A stretch of DNA of 63,367 nt, filler included, from Anaerolineae bacterium (GCA_029262755.1; 8 parts of 8 records of this genome joined end to end with filler, not necessarily neighbours in it); one strand, 5' to 3'. Shown: positions 38,518 to 47,974, numbered from the whole stretch's first letter. Numbers and translations: made by a program. The notes: generated by a model from the letters alone, not told the origin.

Positions 38518-38966
38518 CGTCGCGATCCGTCGCGATCGAGTCGTTTCGAAGGGTTGCGCTCGATACGAACGCCCTGATCTACTACCTGGACGGCGTCGCG
38601 CCCTATGCCGCGCCTATGACGGCGCTCATGCGACACGCGGAGGCGGGCCGCCTGGAGCTCGTCGTCCCGTCCTTGGTCGAGTTGGAGCTCCGCGTGGGGC
38701 CACTTCGCGACCATGACGCGGAGGCGCTGCGCCGCATCGACCTGCTACTGAGCTACTTTCCGAATCTCCGGGTGGCCGACATGGGGCGAGACGCGGTACT
38801 CGTGGCCGCGGAGCTGCGCGCCCTTCATGGCCTGAAGACGCCGGATGCCCTGGTAGCCGGCGTGGCGCGGGTCGAGGGCTGCGACGCCATCGTGGGCAAC
38901 GACCATCGCTGCGCCGCGGTTCTGAGCGAACCTCGATACATCCTGCTGGACGAATTGCCCGGCTGA
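38514..38966 (+). CDS. vapC: PIN-domain (VapC) toxin
   Basis: ALDTNALIYYL, ELRVGP, LKTPDALVAG and VGND; ATGA-coupled to the antitoxin. Confidence 0.9.
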   Translation: MTSRSVAIESFRRVALDTNALIYYLDGVAPYAAPMTALMRHAEAGRLELVVPSLVELELRVGPLRDHDAEALRRIDLLLSYFPNLRVADMGRDAVLVAAELRALHGLKTPDALVAGVARVEGCDAIVGNDHRCAAVLSEPRYILLDELPG

Positions 38967-39087
38967 GACGCGTATCCCTGGACACCGCGGCGCCGGCTCG
39001 CTCGCGCGAAGAATTGCTTGGAGGCCAGGCGCGGGCGAGACCTTCAGCGGAGCGATGAACTCGGCCCCGCCCATACGGTAGCCCCGG

Positions 39088-41208
39088 CTATCCGTCTCCC
39101 AAGGCGAAGGGTAGGTAGAGGCGAGAGCTTGGAATGAAGGGCCGATCGTGAGGGCGTAGGCCGAAGAGGCCGCCACGCTGGCCCGTGGTCCAGTGAGTGC
39201 CGCGACCGGGATGGAGTCGCGTGAGGGGCTCAGGGGAACGAGCTTCATGGACCACGTCCGGAATGTCCGGCACGCTCACGTCGATCCAGAGTACCCGTCC
39301 ATTCGTGAGAGACACCACCACCGTGTGGTCTTCGTGGGTCACATGTTGCACCAGCGGCCGACTCGGCGGACTCCGCAAGTCCGTCTCGAATTCAATGTTT
39401 CCCCGAACCACGGGTCTTAGCGGGTCTCCAACATCGATAATGCTCAATCTCGCCAAACGGTTCGTTTCGGTGACGATGGCGATCAAGCGGCTGTGCACCA
39501 TCGTGCCGAGGAGGGTCGAACCCCTGGGCAGAGGGAAGCTCGTGACGATCGATGGCGAAAGCGGCAGCGCGAGGTCGATACCGAGGATGCGTGGGGGGCT
39601 CGGCAGGGCAGTGCCACCCGCGTTGCCAAGGTCCAGGACCCACAAGATCCCGTCGACGATGGCGAGCAGGTTCGCCCAACGTGCGGGGAGCGACATGCGG
39701 TGCGCCAGCGTGGGGTTGCCGGGATCGGCGATGTCAATGAACAGGAGCTGCCCCTCCCACGACTGCAGCAAGTAGTCGCCGTGGCGCAGGAGGGTCCCTC
39801 CGCTGGCCTCCCGCAACACGACGTCCAGGGACGCCGAAGCGCCCGCCGCCACGTCGAGAGACAGGAGACCGGAATCGGATGGTATCCAGAGACGGTCTAT
39901 GAGCCACAGCCCCGAGCCACTCCGAGCCGCGGAACCGGAGAGAGCGCGTGCATTCCGCGAGGACAGGCGGCGGAGTTGGTCCGGGTTCCGCGCATCCTCG
40001 ATCTCGAGCACAGACTGCGACGCGACGGCGAGTCGGTCCCCCTGGGCCAGGAGCGATATCGTAGGAAGGCGTTGCGTCGACCAAGTGCCTCGCGCTGCGC
40101 CGATCGGCTGTCCCTTGTCGAGCCATGCCACCACCTGCACGTCCAAAACGCTCCCGACCAACACGTAGGTTGCGGCGTGTTCCGGCCTGACGATCGAGAC
40201 CGACCGCGGGGCGGCGTAGTGCGATTGGATGGGCGCGGTGCCGAGCTCGACCCAGGGCTCCACACCTTCACGCGACTCGAATCGGTGTACTTGGTGCGGC
40301 CTGCCGGCCCAATAGACCAGCACGGCCAGATGATCGCCATCCGCTGCGATAGACTCGATTCGCGTAGGCCGACTGGGCCCGCTCGGCGCTTCCAACGTGA
40401 TGTCGTGCGCGAAGGTGAGGCGATTCTCGTTGTCGATGTCGAACACGCGCACGACGAGGTCTGCGATTATCACGAACAGCCGATCGCCCGCTAGCGACAT
40501 GGCCTTGAAGGGGACGTCGAGGCCCGAATGGACGACGAAGGACGCGTCGGTTCCATGGAGATCAGCGACGAGGATCCGGTTGGGGACCAGCACCGCGACC
40601 CGCCCAGCATCGATCACCAGCCCAAGGATCTTGCTACCCTGGCCTGGCCCGAGCGCCCATCGGCCGGTGCGGATCGGCGCGGCTGGGTCGGACACGTCCA
40701 ACCGCAGCACATCGTCCCCGACAACGAGCGCGGCGTGATCCCGGTCCGCCGTCACGGCGTGCACCTCGCCGTTCAACGCGAGACGCCGCACGGCGCGTGG
40801 CCAGGTGGGGTCACGGCCGTCGACGAGCCACGCGGAACGCTCCGGTTGAGCCAGAACGGCCAAGACGAAGCCGTTCACCGGCGCCAGCCATTCGATGGTC
40901 CCAGGCAGCACCGGCGACCGGCCGACGGCCCGTGGCTCGGCGCCGGAGGTGTCGAGCGCGACCACGCGTCCGCCCATGCCGACCCATGCGATGGAGCGCG
41001 TCGTTTCGGCCGCCACGCCCGTGATCTCGCCGTTCTCATAGTGCACGGCCGGCAGACCCATGTCGTGGAGCGTGCCAAGGTCGGACGCGACGAAGGGACC
41101 CAGGGGCACGGGCTCCGATTGGATCGCCGGGCGCGCCGAGGCAGGGGCTGCGCCGAGCGCGGCGATCAGAAGCAGCGAGCACGTTGTGGCGATGATGGCC
41201 GAACGCAT
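39088..41208 (-). CDS. Secreted beta-propeller-like protein with C-terminal LYLPFALG
   Basis: Signal peptide; AWVGMGGRVVALD...GRSPVLPG and WLVDGRDPTWP are shared with the 30033 gene. Confidence 0.75.
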   Translation of the reverse strand: MRSAIIATTCSLLLIAALGAAPASARPAIQSEPVPLGPFVASDLGTLHDMGLPAVHYENGEITGVAAETTRSIAWVGMGGRVVALDTSGAEPRAVGRSPVLPGTIEWLAPVNGFVLAVLAQPERSAWLVDGRDPTWPRAVRRLALNGEVHAVTADRDHAALVVGDDVLRLDVSDPAAPIRTGRWALGPGQGSKILGLVIDAGRVAVLVPNRILVADLHGTDASFVVHSGLDVPFKAMSLAGDRLFVIIADLVVRVFDIDNENRLTFAHDITLEAPSGPSRPTRIESIAADGDHLAVLVYWAGRPHQVHRFESREGVEPWVELGTAPIQSHYAAPRSVSIVRPEHAATYVLVGSVLDVQVVAWLDKGQPIGAARGTWSTQRLPTISLLAQGDRLAVASQSVLEIEDARNPDQLRRLSSRNARALSGSAARSGSGLWLIDRLWIPSDSGLLSLDVAAGASASLDVVLREASGGTLLRHGDYLLQSWEGQLLFIDIADPGNPTLAHRMSLPARWANLLAIVDGILWVLDLGNAGGTALPSPPRILGIDLALPLSPSIVTSFPLPRGSTLLGTMVHSRLIAIVTETNRLARLSIIDVGDPLRPVVRGNIEFETDLRSPPSRPLVQHVTHEDHTVVVSLTNGRVLWIDVSVPDIPDVVHEARSPEPLTRLHPGRGTHWTTGQRGGLFGLRPHDRPFIPSSRLYLPFALGDG

Positions 41209-41453
41209 GATGGTTTGGTCCTTCCCAATGGCCGCGGTTGGCTCCCTGGCTCCGATCGAAGGTTCCGCCCCGGACGCTACTGCCTTCAGGAGCTAACTAC
41301 CATACATTGCGCATGCCGACGAAAGCGGGCACCCGTTCCGAGGAAATCGGGTACCGGTCGGAGCGAAGTGGCGCTGGGTCGAGGCAGGGGTGCAAGACGT
41401 GCCCGGTTTGGACAAGGGGACGTCATGCCGACGCCGGTTGCGCGTCGATCGCA

Positions 41454-42029
41454 TCACACCGGCGGTTCGCCCCGCGCCGCCCGCTCGACGATCTGCGCGA
41501 TGCGCCCCGCCCGCGTATCGACGCGTTTGGCGGTCTTGATGTGGTAGAGCGCCTGCTTGCGGGCAGACGGATTGGTCTCGTCCCACGCGGCCAGTGCCGC
41601 GGGCGACGCGTCCAGAGCCGCAACCAGATCGTCCGGCTCGATGAGCGCGTCGATGTCGTCGAGGAAGGTCCAGCTGCCGTCCGCGATGGCGGCGTCGATC
41701 AGGCGCTGCCCGGCGGGGGTCATCAGGCCCTTCGGCTGCAGCTCAGCCACGTGCCGCTTGTTGAGCGCGCTCCAGATGCTGCCGGTCTTGCGCGGCGAAA
41801 GGTGCCGCTTGACGCGCTCCTCATCGACGCGCCGCGTGCGGCCGTCGATCCAACCAAAGCACAGCGCCTCCTGCACGATCTCCGCCCAGGCCACATAGCG
41901 ATCGCCGCAGTGCTTCTTGTAGGTCACCACCCAAGCCCCATCCGTCCGGGCATGGTTCGCCGCCAACCAGTCCCGCCACTCTGCCCGCCTCGTGATCTCA
42001 ACGTGGGGAAGTTCGTCGATCTTGCTCAT
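41454..42029 (-). CDS. YdeI/OmpD-associated family protein
   Basis: EWRDWLAANH, EALCFGWIDG, WSALNK and AKRVDTRAGRI. Confidence 0.9.
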   Translation of the reverse strand: MSKIDELPHVEITRRAEWRDWLAANHARTDGAWVVTYKKHCGDRYVAWAEIVQEALCFGWIDGRTRRVDEERVKRHLSPRKTGSIWSALNKRHVAELQPKGLMTPAGQRLIDAAIADGSWTFLDDIDALIEPDDLVAALDASPAALAAWDETNPSARKQALYHIKTAKRVDTRAGRIAQIVERAARGEPPV

Positions 42030-42162
42030 CTACCGTCCTTGCTGGGCGTTGGCCGGTGGTTGTCAGGATAGACGACGCCTCCGGGGAACATCATGTGATC
42101 CCAACCACATCGGCGCTCCCCGGGACGGTAAGATCTCACCGTGATCCCTTTGGCGCAGACTC

Positions 42163-42735
42163 ATGTCACAGCGCCGGCACCCCATTCGGGAGACTTCGAT
42201 GGTCGTCCTATACACCGCCGTCTTTGTCGTCCTGGAACTCGTCTATGGAATTCTGCTCCATCGAACACAGGGGCATCAAAGCGTCTGGTTTGAGAAGCAT
42301 TACCGCGTACCCCAGCCCCGGCTACCTTCCGCTGCGAAGTTGTTGGCCGTCGCTTTGCCTGGCGCGGTGAGCTTCTTCATTGTCGATGCTCTCACGCCCG
42401 ACACCGGTCTCGTGCACTTCATGGCCGGGGCGTTGCTTGGCCATCAAGCCGTCCTCGTTGGCGCCGGGCTGAGGAACCTCCGAACCATCCGCTGGGTGCA
42501 GAAGAACCCGGACGAGATTTCCGGCTCAATCGAGTTCGGCAGGGAATGGATCGTCTCCAAGACGCAATCGGATTGGCTCGCCCTACTGCCGCTGATCTTC
42601 GTGATCGCTGGACTCAGCCCTTCGCCCTTCGTGGGCGGCATGCTGCTCACGGGGGTCATGAATGTCGTGCTCGCTCGGAGCGTGACTCGTGTCCACTATC
42701 CGCCTTCGCAGGAGGCTGTGAGTCCGGACGTGTAG
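42163..42735 (+). CDS. Hypothetical membrane protein
   Basis: 190-aa ORF with several hydrophobic segments and somewhat lower GC. Confidence 0.55.
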   Translation: MSQRRHPIRETSMVVLYTAVFVVLELVYGILLHRTQGHQSVWFEKHYRVPQPRLPSAAKLLAVALPGAVSFFIVDALTPDTGLVHFMAGALLGHQAVLVGAGLRNLRTIRWVQKNPDEISGSIEFGREWIVSKTQSDWLALLPLIFVIAGLSPSPFVGGMLLTGVMNVVLARSVTRVHYPPSQEAVSPDV

Positions 42736-42982
42736 CTGGCCAGGGTCGGCGCGGGCGCGCCGAATGCGCGTCCCTCTTGGAGTTGACCGTCACAGGCACC
42801 CTGTCCAGCACATTCGAGCCAATCCGCTGTCGCATCGCAATGCGCCCTTCTTCAATTGAGTACGAGTCTGATCTCACACGGACCCGATCGCCTCTCAAGA
42901 CTACCCAGTGACTAAGAGCAATATAGGGCTTGTCGACGGGGCGGACCCGAGCCATGAAGGCTCTACAGACCTGGCCCGCTGC

Positions 42983-43029
42983 TTGGACGCTCACCCACGC
43001 AATCATATAATCGTATAGATGATTATATG
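42983..43029 (+). promoter_or_regulatory. Sigma70 promoter with overlapping palindromic operator upstream of the Fic gene
   Basis: TTGGAC(42983)-N17-TATAAT(43006); inverted repeat CATATAATC-N8-GATTATATG at 43004-43029. Confidence 0.7.
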
Positions 43030-43059
43030 CGGAATCAACTCGGGGTGGAGCGAGCGTTC

Positions 43060-43307
43060 ATGTATCGGTATCGGTTGACAGACGAGCTCTCCGACCTGCT
43101 CGCACACGTCGAGCGGCTGCGGAGCGAGCTGGACACGCGGGGTGTGCTGCCGCGACGTTGGCTGGGCCGCTTGCGTCGAGATCTCGAGACGGAAGCGATC
43201 GCGGCCTCTACCTCGATGGAGTGCGTACCGGTCACGGTCGACGACGTGCGCCGTATTCTGGCCGATGACCGGCCCAGCGGCGTATCCGAGCATGACGCGG
43301 CGTTGGT
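43060..43307 (+). CDS. Fic family protein, N-terminal fragment
   Basis: LPRRWLGRLRRDLETEAIAASTSME resembles the Fic N-terminal (S/T)xxxE(G/N) helix; the catalytic motif lies beyond the gap. Confidence 0.65.
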
Positions 43308-43407
43308 NNNNNNNNNNNNNNNNNNNNNNNNNNNNNNNNNNNNNNNNNNNNTTAATTAATTAANNNNNNNNNNNNNNNNNNNNNNNNNNNNNNNNNNNNN
43401 NNNNNNN

Positions 43408-43623
43408 TTCGTGTTCGTCGTCGAGGACAAGGAGCGCTACGCAACGGACGCCGTCCCGTCCCAACGAATTTTCGGTTCGACCCCGCGTCGCATGCTCAAC
43501 CTCATCACGTGCGACGGTGCTTGGAACTCCGGCGAGGCGAACTACCAGCAGCGTCTCGTCGTCTACAGTCGATTGTCGGACTCGGATTCGGACAGCGTCG
43601 AGGAGGGGGCGTCCGGCCCCTAG
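43408..43623 (+). CDS. Class F sortase, C-terminal fragment
   Basis: LNLITCDGAWN...YQQRLVVY carries the catalytic Cys and Arg. Confidence 0.82.
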   Translation, partial: FVFVVEDKERYATDAVPSQRIFGSTPRRMLNLITCDGAWNSGEANYQQRLVVYSRLSDSDSDSVEEGASGP

Positions 43624-43777
43624 CCCTTCGTCGAGCTTGCAACGTCCCACCTCATTGGGCGGCGCACGCGCGTCGCGAAAATAGCCGGTGATGATGATTC
43701 CTACACGAATCAGACGGGATGCCCGAAATGGGTCACGAATTCCTTAAGTTTGCCGGCCCGTCTAGAACACCCGGTCC

Positions 43778-43825
43778 ACACAATATGTGGTAGCGCGCAG
43801 CGGCCCACCCTACCGCATGTAGCGT
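43778..43825. promoter_or_regulatory. Tandem NrdR-box-like sites
   Basis: ACACAATATGTGGTAG at 43778 and a weaker CTACCGCATGTAGCGT 32 bp later; the NrdR consensus is acaCwAtATaTwGtg. Confidence 0.5.
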
Positions 43826-43996
43826 CACCCCCAGTGGCCTTGGAGCAGGCGCGATGGCTCGCGCTGTTCGGCGGCCCGCGAGCCTGTTACCATCTCGGTC
43901 CAAGGATTCGTGACAGGATGCAGTCCTCATTGTGCGTCCCGCCAGGATCCCGACCCCGTCCGTGAACCGGCGCTCACGCGATCCTTGGAGCCAGGT

Positions 43997-46651
43997 ATGC
44001 CGCCCCTTTGGCAACCGCTGGTGGATTTCGCCCTGTCCAGCGGGCCGGCCATCGTGCTTTCCCTTGGCCTGCCGATCTTGCTGCTCGCAATCTGGCGAGC
44101 GCGGCCCGATCGACCAACCGAACACCCCAACCTCGATTATCTCGGGCTTGCCGTGACAAGCCTGCTTGTCGTTGCGTTGCTCCAATTGCCGTTTTGGCTC
44201 TATCTGGAGCGCTACGTGGCGGATGCGATCCGCTACGTGGCCCCACTCGATCGCCTGTTCACGACCGTCCTGTTGGCCGCGCTCGCTGTGGCCCTTACCG
44301 GATCGGTCGGTGCACGGCGTTGGCGCTCAGCGATGATCGGCTGCCTCGCCGCCGCGACCCTTGCCTGGGCTGGTTGGGCGCCCATCTGGGCCAGCGAAAT
44401 GGCGGCCGTCCCGCCCACCCTGTCCGACCCGACGGGCATCGCCCGTCCTTGGGACTTCGCTTTGGCCGCACTCGCGTTCGCATTCGCCGCCGTTCTGGCC
44501 GCACGCAAGAGCAGGCCGCCTGCATGGGTCTTCGCCGTGCCCGGCATTCTGGCGGTCGGCAGCCTGCTCGACGCGCTCGGGCCGGCGCCGGTGACCGGTG
44601 CGGTCGGTGCGCGCAGCGCCCAGCTCGCGCTCGGCCTCATGTTCGGCCTCGTCGCGACGCGACGCGGAACGTGGCAGGGTTTGCGCGGCTCTTCGTACGC
44701 GGCCAGAGAGCGGCTGCTGCGCCTTGCCGGCACCCGCCTACGCACCGTACCCGCAACGCGCGCGACACGTCTGACGCGCTCCACGCTTCCCACGAATCCG
44801 GCGCCCGCCTCCGCACCCGTCGCCGTGCGCCGGCTCGCCTCCCCAGCCGAGAGCCTCGGCGAGGTCGCGATCGTCGACGACGCGCTCGTCGAGCTCACGG
44901 ATTCTCTCGGCGCCGCTTCGGCGATGGTAGTGCTGCGTCGCGGCGACGATATCGAGATCTGGGCCCGCGCCGCCGCCCGCCGCGCCCGTCGCCTCGGCCG
45001 CATGCCGCTCAGCGAGTTCCCCACGATCGCCCGTGCGATGAGCACCGGCTCGTTGAGCGTGCCGACCTACACCCACGCACGCGACATCGAGGCCCTGTAC
45101 GTCCATCTCGGCTCCCCCGACGCGGGCGAGGTGCACCTCACCTCGCTCGGCGGCTCCGCGCGCGGCGCGGTGTTGGCCGGGCGGGCCTTTGGCGCGTGGC
45201 CGCCGGACGCGCTCCGGCGCATCGGAGCCCTCGCGGCGCGCCTCGATGACCGCCTGGCGGCCGTCGAGCGACACGGCGCAGCGGGCGACTCGTTGGATCG
45301 GGTTCTGGGCGCCCTGGAGGCCCAGTCCGCCACCCTCCACCGGCTCGGCCGACAGGTCGACCAGCTGGACGGACGGATCGGCGTCGTCGAAGGCGCGGTG
45401 CAGCATGCGGGCCCGGCGCGACCGGGAGCGGGTGGGTTCCCGACCCCGGTGGCAGCCCCGGGCCGATCGGCGAATCGCCGAGGGCGGCCCATCAACGACG
45501 GGCGCGCGGACCGCGCCTATGCCGCCCGGCTCGAGGCCTTTGAACACGCGCTCGCTCGCGTGCCATGGGGCGTCCTTGTCACCGAGCGCGACGGCACCAT
45601 CGTGTTCGCGAACGCGGCGGCCCGAACTCTCTTCGATGCGCCCCGTCCGGAAGGCCGTGATCTGGCCGCCCTGGCGGTCGAGCCCGATGCGTTGGCAGAC
45701 ATCATCGGCCTGCTCGACCCGGTCGAAGTCGATAGCAACGGGCTAGACGAGGACGCGTTGGACGCCATCCCCGAGCAAGGCGAGGCGGTGGCGCGCTGCA
45801 TGACGGGCGGGCTTGTCGTGGAGGCTGAAGTCCTACGCAGCCCGGGACTCGGCCCCATCGGCCTACTCGTGATCGTCGCCCCGGAAGAGGCCATCGATCA
45901 CGATCCGGAGCACGCCGCCGGCATGCTCGTCGGCGACGCGAATCCCGACCAGGCTCCCGCGCTGCTGTTGATCCCCGACTTGGCCGACGCCCTGCGCGAA
46001 CCGATGAAGGCGATCATGACCCACCGTGACGTCCTCGCGCGCCGGCCGGCGTTCGCGGAGCCCGAGCTATCGCGTCACATCGGCTCCGTCGATGCGCAAC
46101 TGGGCCGCTTGGACGTACGGCTGACCGACCTGTTGACGGCGTTGGAAATCTCCACCGGCCACTACCGGCTCGCAACCGGTCTGCTCGACGTCGAGGAGCT
46201 CATCGACGCGGCGCTGGAGCGCTCCCGATCCTTGTTCCAGGACAAGGGCCTGCGAGCCCAGCGCCAGCTGGCGGACGCCCTACCGGCCGTGCGCGGCGAC
46301 CGACGCGCCCTGTCCCACGTGCTCGACAACCTGTTGGCCACCGCGGTGGATCGCTCCGCGCACGGAGCCGTGATCACCATCAGCGCCCGGCCGCGCACCG
46401 TCACCGTTCCAGCGAAGAGAGCCGGTATCCAAGACGCGCGCGAGCCGATCCTGGTCATCAGCGTGCAATACCGAGACTGGTGGTACCGCGAGGTCGCCGA
46501 GCGCGTGTTCGCCATCGGCGAGGGCCCGGACGACACGCCCGCATTGCGCGTCGCCCGCCTGCTGACGGAAGTCCAGGGCGGCCGGGCGTGGGGTGAGCAT
46601 CTCGGCGAGGACGGCCGATTGTTGCTCAACGTAGGGCTGCCTACCTCGTAG
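43997..46651 (+). CDS. Membrane sensor with GAF-like, PAS and degenerate HisKA/HATPase domains (pseudo-histidine kinase)
   Basis: Multiple N-terminal TM helices, PAS (WGVLVTERDGTIVFANAAA) and LPAVRGDRRALSHVLDNLL; the H, N and G boxes are degenerate. Confidence 0.75.
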   Translation: MPPLWQPLVDFALSSGPAIVLSLGLPILLLAIWRARPDRPTEHPNLDYLGLAVTSLLVVALLQLPFWLYLERYVADAIRYVAPLDRLFTTVLLAALAVALTGSVGARRWRSAMIGCLAAATLAWAGWAPIWASEMAAVPPTLSDPTGIARPWDFALAALAFAFAAVLAARKSRPPAWVFAVPGILAVGSLLDALGPAPVTGAVGARSAQLALGLMFGLVATRRGTWQGLRGSSYAARERLLRLAGTRLRTVPATRATRLTRSTLPTNPAPASAPVAVRRLASPAESLGEVAIVDDALVELTDSLGAASAMVVLRRGDDIEIWARAAARRARRLGRMPLSEFPTIARAMSTGSLSVPTYTHARDIEALYVHLGSPDAGEVHLTSLGGSARGAVLAGRAFGAWPPDALRRIGALAARLDDRLAAVERHGAAGDSLDRVLGALEAQSATLHRLGRQVDQLDGRIGVVEGAVQHAGPARPGAGGFPTPVAAPGRSANRRGRPINDGRADRAYAARLEAFEHALARVPWGVLVTERDGTIVFANAAARTLFDAPRPEGRDLAALAVEPDALADIIGLLDPVEVDSNGLDEDALDAIPEQGEAVARCMTGGLVVEAEVLRSPGLGPIGLLVIVAPEEAIDHDPEHAAGMLVGDANPDQAPALLLIPDLADALREPMKAIMTHRDVLARRPAFAEPELSRHIGSVDAQLGRLDVRLTDLLTALEISTGHYRLATGLLDVEELIDAALERSRSLFQDKGLRAQRQLADALPAVRGDRRALSHVLDNLLATAVDRSAHGAVITISARPRTVTVPAKRAGIQDAREPILVISVQYRDWWYREVAERVFAIGEGPDDTPALRVARLLTEVQGGRAWGEHLGEDGRLLLNVGLPTS

Positions 46652-46740
46652 CGAAGATGCGGGGGCGTCGGCGGGATTTGCGGCAGGGCGGCACGGAGGC
46701 GAGTCCGCCGGATCTTACGAGCTTTCAACGATTGGAATCA

Positions 46741-46796
46741 CGAGCCCGGTATCGCGAGCCCGGTATCGCGTACTCGGTAACACGCGCCAGGAACCG
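46741..46796. repeat. 14-bp tandem repeat, four progressively degenerate units
   Basis: cgagcccggtatcg cgagcccggtatcg cgtactcggtaaca cgcgccaggaaccg. Confidence 0.65.
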
Positions 46797-46802
46797 CGCC
46801 GC

Positions 46803-47039
46803 TCAGCGCCCGACCACGACCTTGAGCACGCGTCCTTCGGCCGAAACGGTCACCTTGGCGCTCTGCGTGATCGAAGGGCCGCCCGGCGCGACGCGCACGG
46901 CTTTGCGGAAGCTGTAGACCCTTTGGTCGCCCACCGTCCGCACACTCGGCTGAACCCCGCGCAGCGCGGGCACCTTGCGCCAGGCCGTCTTGCAGGCGGC
47001 CGTCTTGGCTGCCGCCGCACACGTTGGATCGCCCGCCAT
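46803..47039 (-). CDS. Small basic hypothetical protein
   Basis: 78-aa ORF starting just after an upstream stop, with a beta-rich C-terminus (KVTVSAEGRVLKVVVGR). Confidence 0.6.
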   Translation of the reverse strand: MAGDPTCAAAAKTAACKTAWRKVPALRGVQPSVRTVGDQRVYSFRKAVRVAPGGPSITQSAKVTVSAEGRVLKVVVGR

Positions 47040-47185
47040 ATCAGCTCACCGCCCGGAAGGCGGCGCCGTGATGCGCCGGCTCANNNNNNNNNNNNNNNNN
47101 NNNNNNNNNNNNNNNNNNNNNNNNNNNTTAATTAATTAANNNNNNNNNNNNNNNNNNNNNNNNNNNNNNNNNNNNNNNNNNNNCC

Positions 47186-47881
47186 GCAGGCGGTTCCAAA
47201 CTGTCGCTCGGCATTGAAGAAGGGTTGCGCCTTTTGACCCGCGGGCGGGAAGACGATGCGGGCCCTGTCGGGGCGCGGGAGGCTCTGGTGGTCTTGAGCG
47301 GCACGGTCCCGGACTGTGAAGCGGCCGAAGAGATTACGTCGCGCGCAAGGGCGGAAGGCGTGGTGATGGCGGCCGGCTTCTTCTGTTCCGGGCCGCTGTG
47401 CGACGAGCTCTGTTTGCCGCGTATCGCAGACTCGCCGCAACTTTACTTCGACGATGGAAATGCTGTTCCTTTGAGCTTGTGGCTGGACGAGCATCGCCAG
47501 GGACGGTTGCGGCCGGCGCCGTTCTCTGTGACGATCAGCACAACGTTGCCGGCGAACGTCGCTCTCGTAGCGGATAGCTCGGAGCCTGCCTCGGCGCAGT
47601 ATGAGCCGAGCGATCGCAGCCTGACGTGGCAGTTCGATGCGCCGGCGCCCACGGTGATCACAACGAGTTGGCGCGTGCGCGGTCTGCGGCCCGGGCTCGC
47701 ATCCTTCGGTCCCTCGGGTGCGGCCATCGGGCTGCGCGACGATGCGCCCAGCGCCTTCGCTCGCTTCAGCGCGCCGTCCGTGCTCATCGTCGCGCCCCGT
47801 GAACTGGCAACGGCAACCCCGGTACGGGATGAGGGGTTGGTCTATCTGCCGTCGATTATCCGTGGCGTGGCGGGGCGGTGA
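47186..47881 (+). CDS. C-terminal part of an exported protein (degenerate VWA + DUF11-like domain + VYLPSIIR tail)
   Basis: Frame is open from the gap: GGSKLSLGIEEGL...ALVVLSG, then VTISTTLPANVALVADSSEP and TATP...VYLPSIIRG. Confidence 0.65.
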   Translation, partial: AGGSKLSLGIEEGLRLLTRGREDDAGPVGAREALVVLSGTVPDCEAAEEITSRARAEGVVMAAGFFCSGPLCDELCLPRIADSPQLYFDDGNAVPLSLWLDEHRQGRLRPAPFSVTISTTLPANVALVADSSEPASAQYEPSDRSLTWQFDAPAPTVITTSWRVRGLRPGLASFGPSGAAIGLRDDAPSAFARFSAPSVLIVAPRELATATPVRDEGLVYLPSIIRGVAGR

Positions 47882-47974
47882 GGGCTAGCCGAGCAATTCG
47901 AGGCAGCTACCGAGGGCGCCTCTGATTGATTGACGCGTCCTACGTCGGCACGCTGGAAGCTTGGGTCAGCCGAC

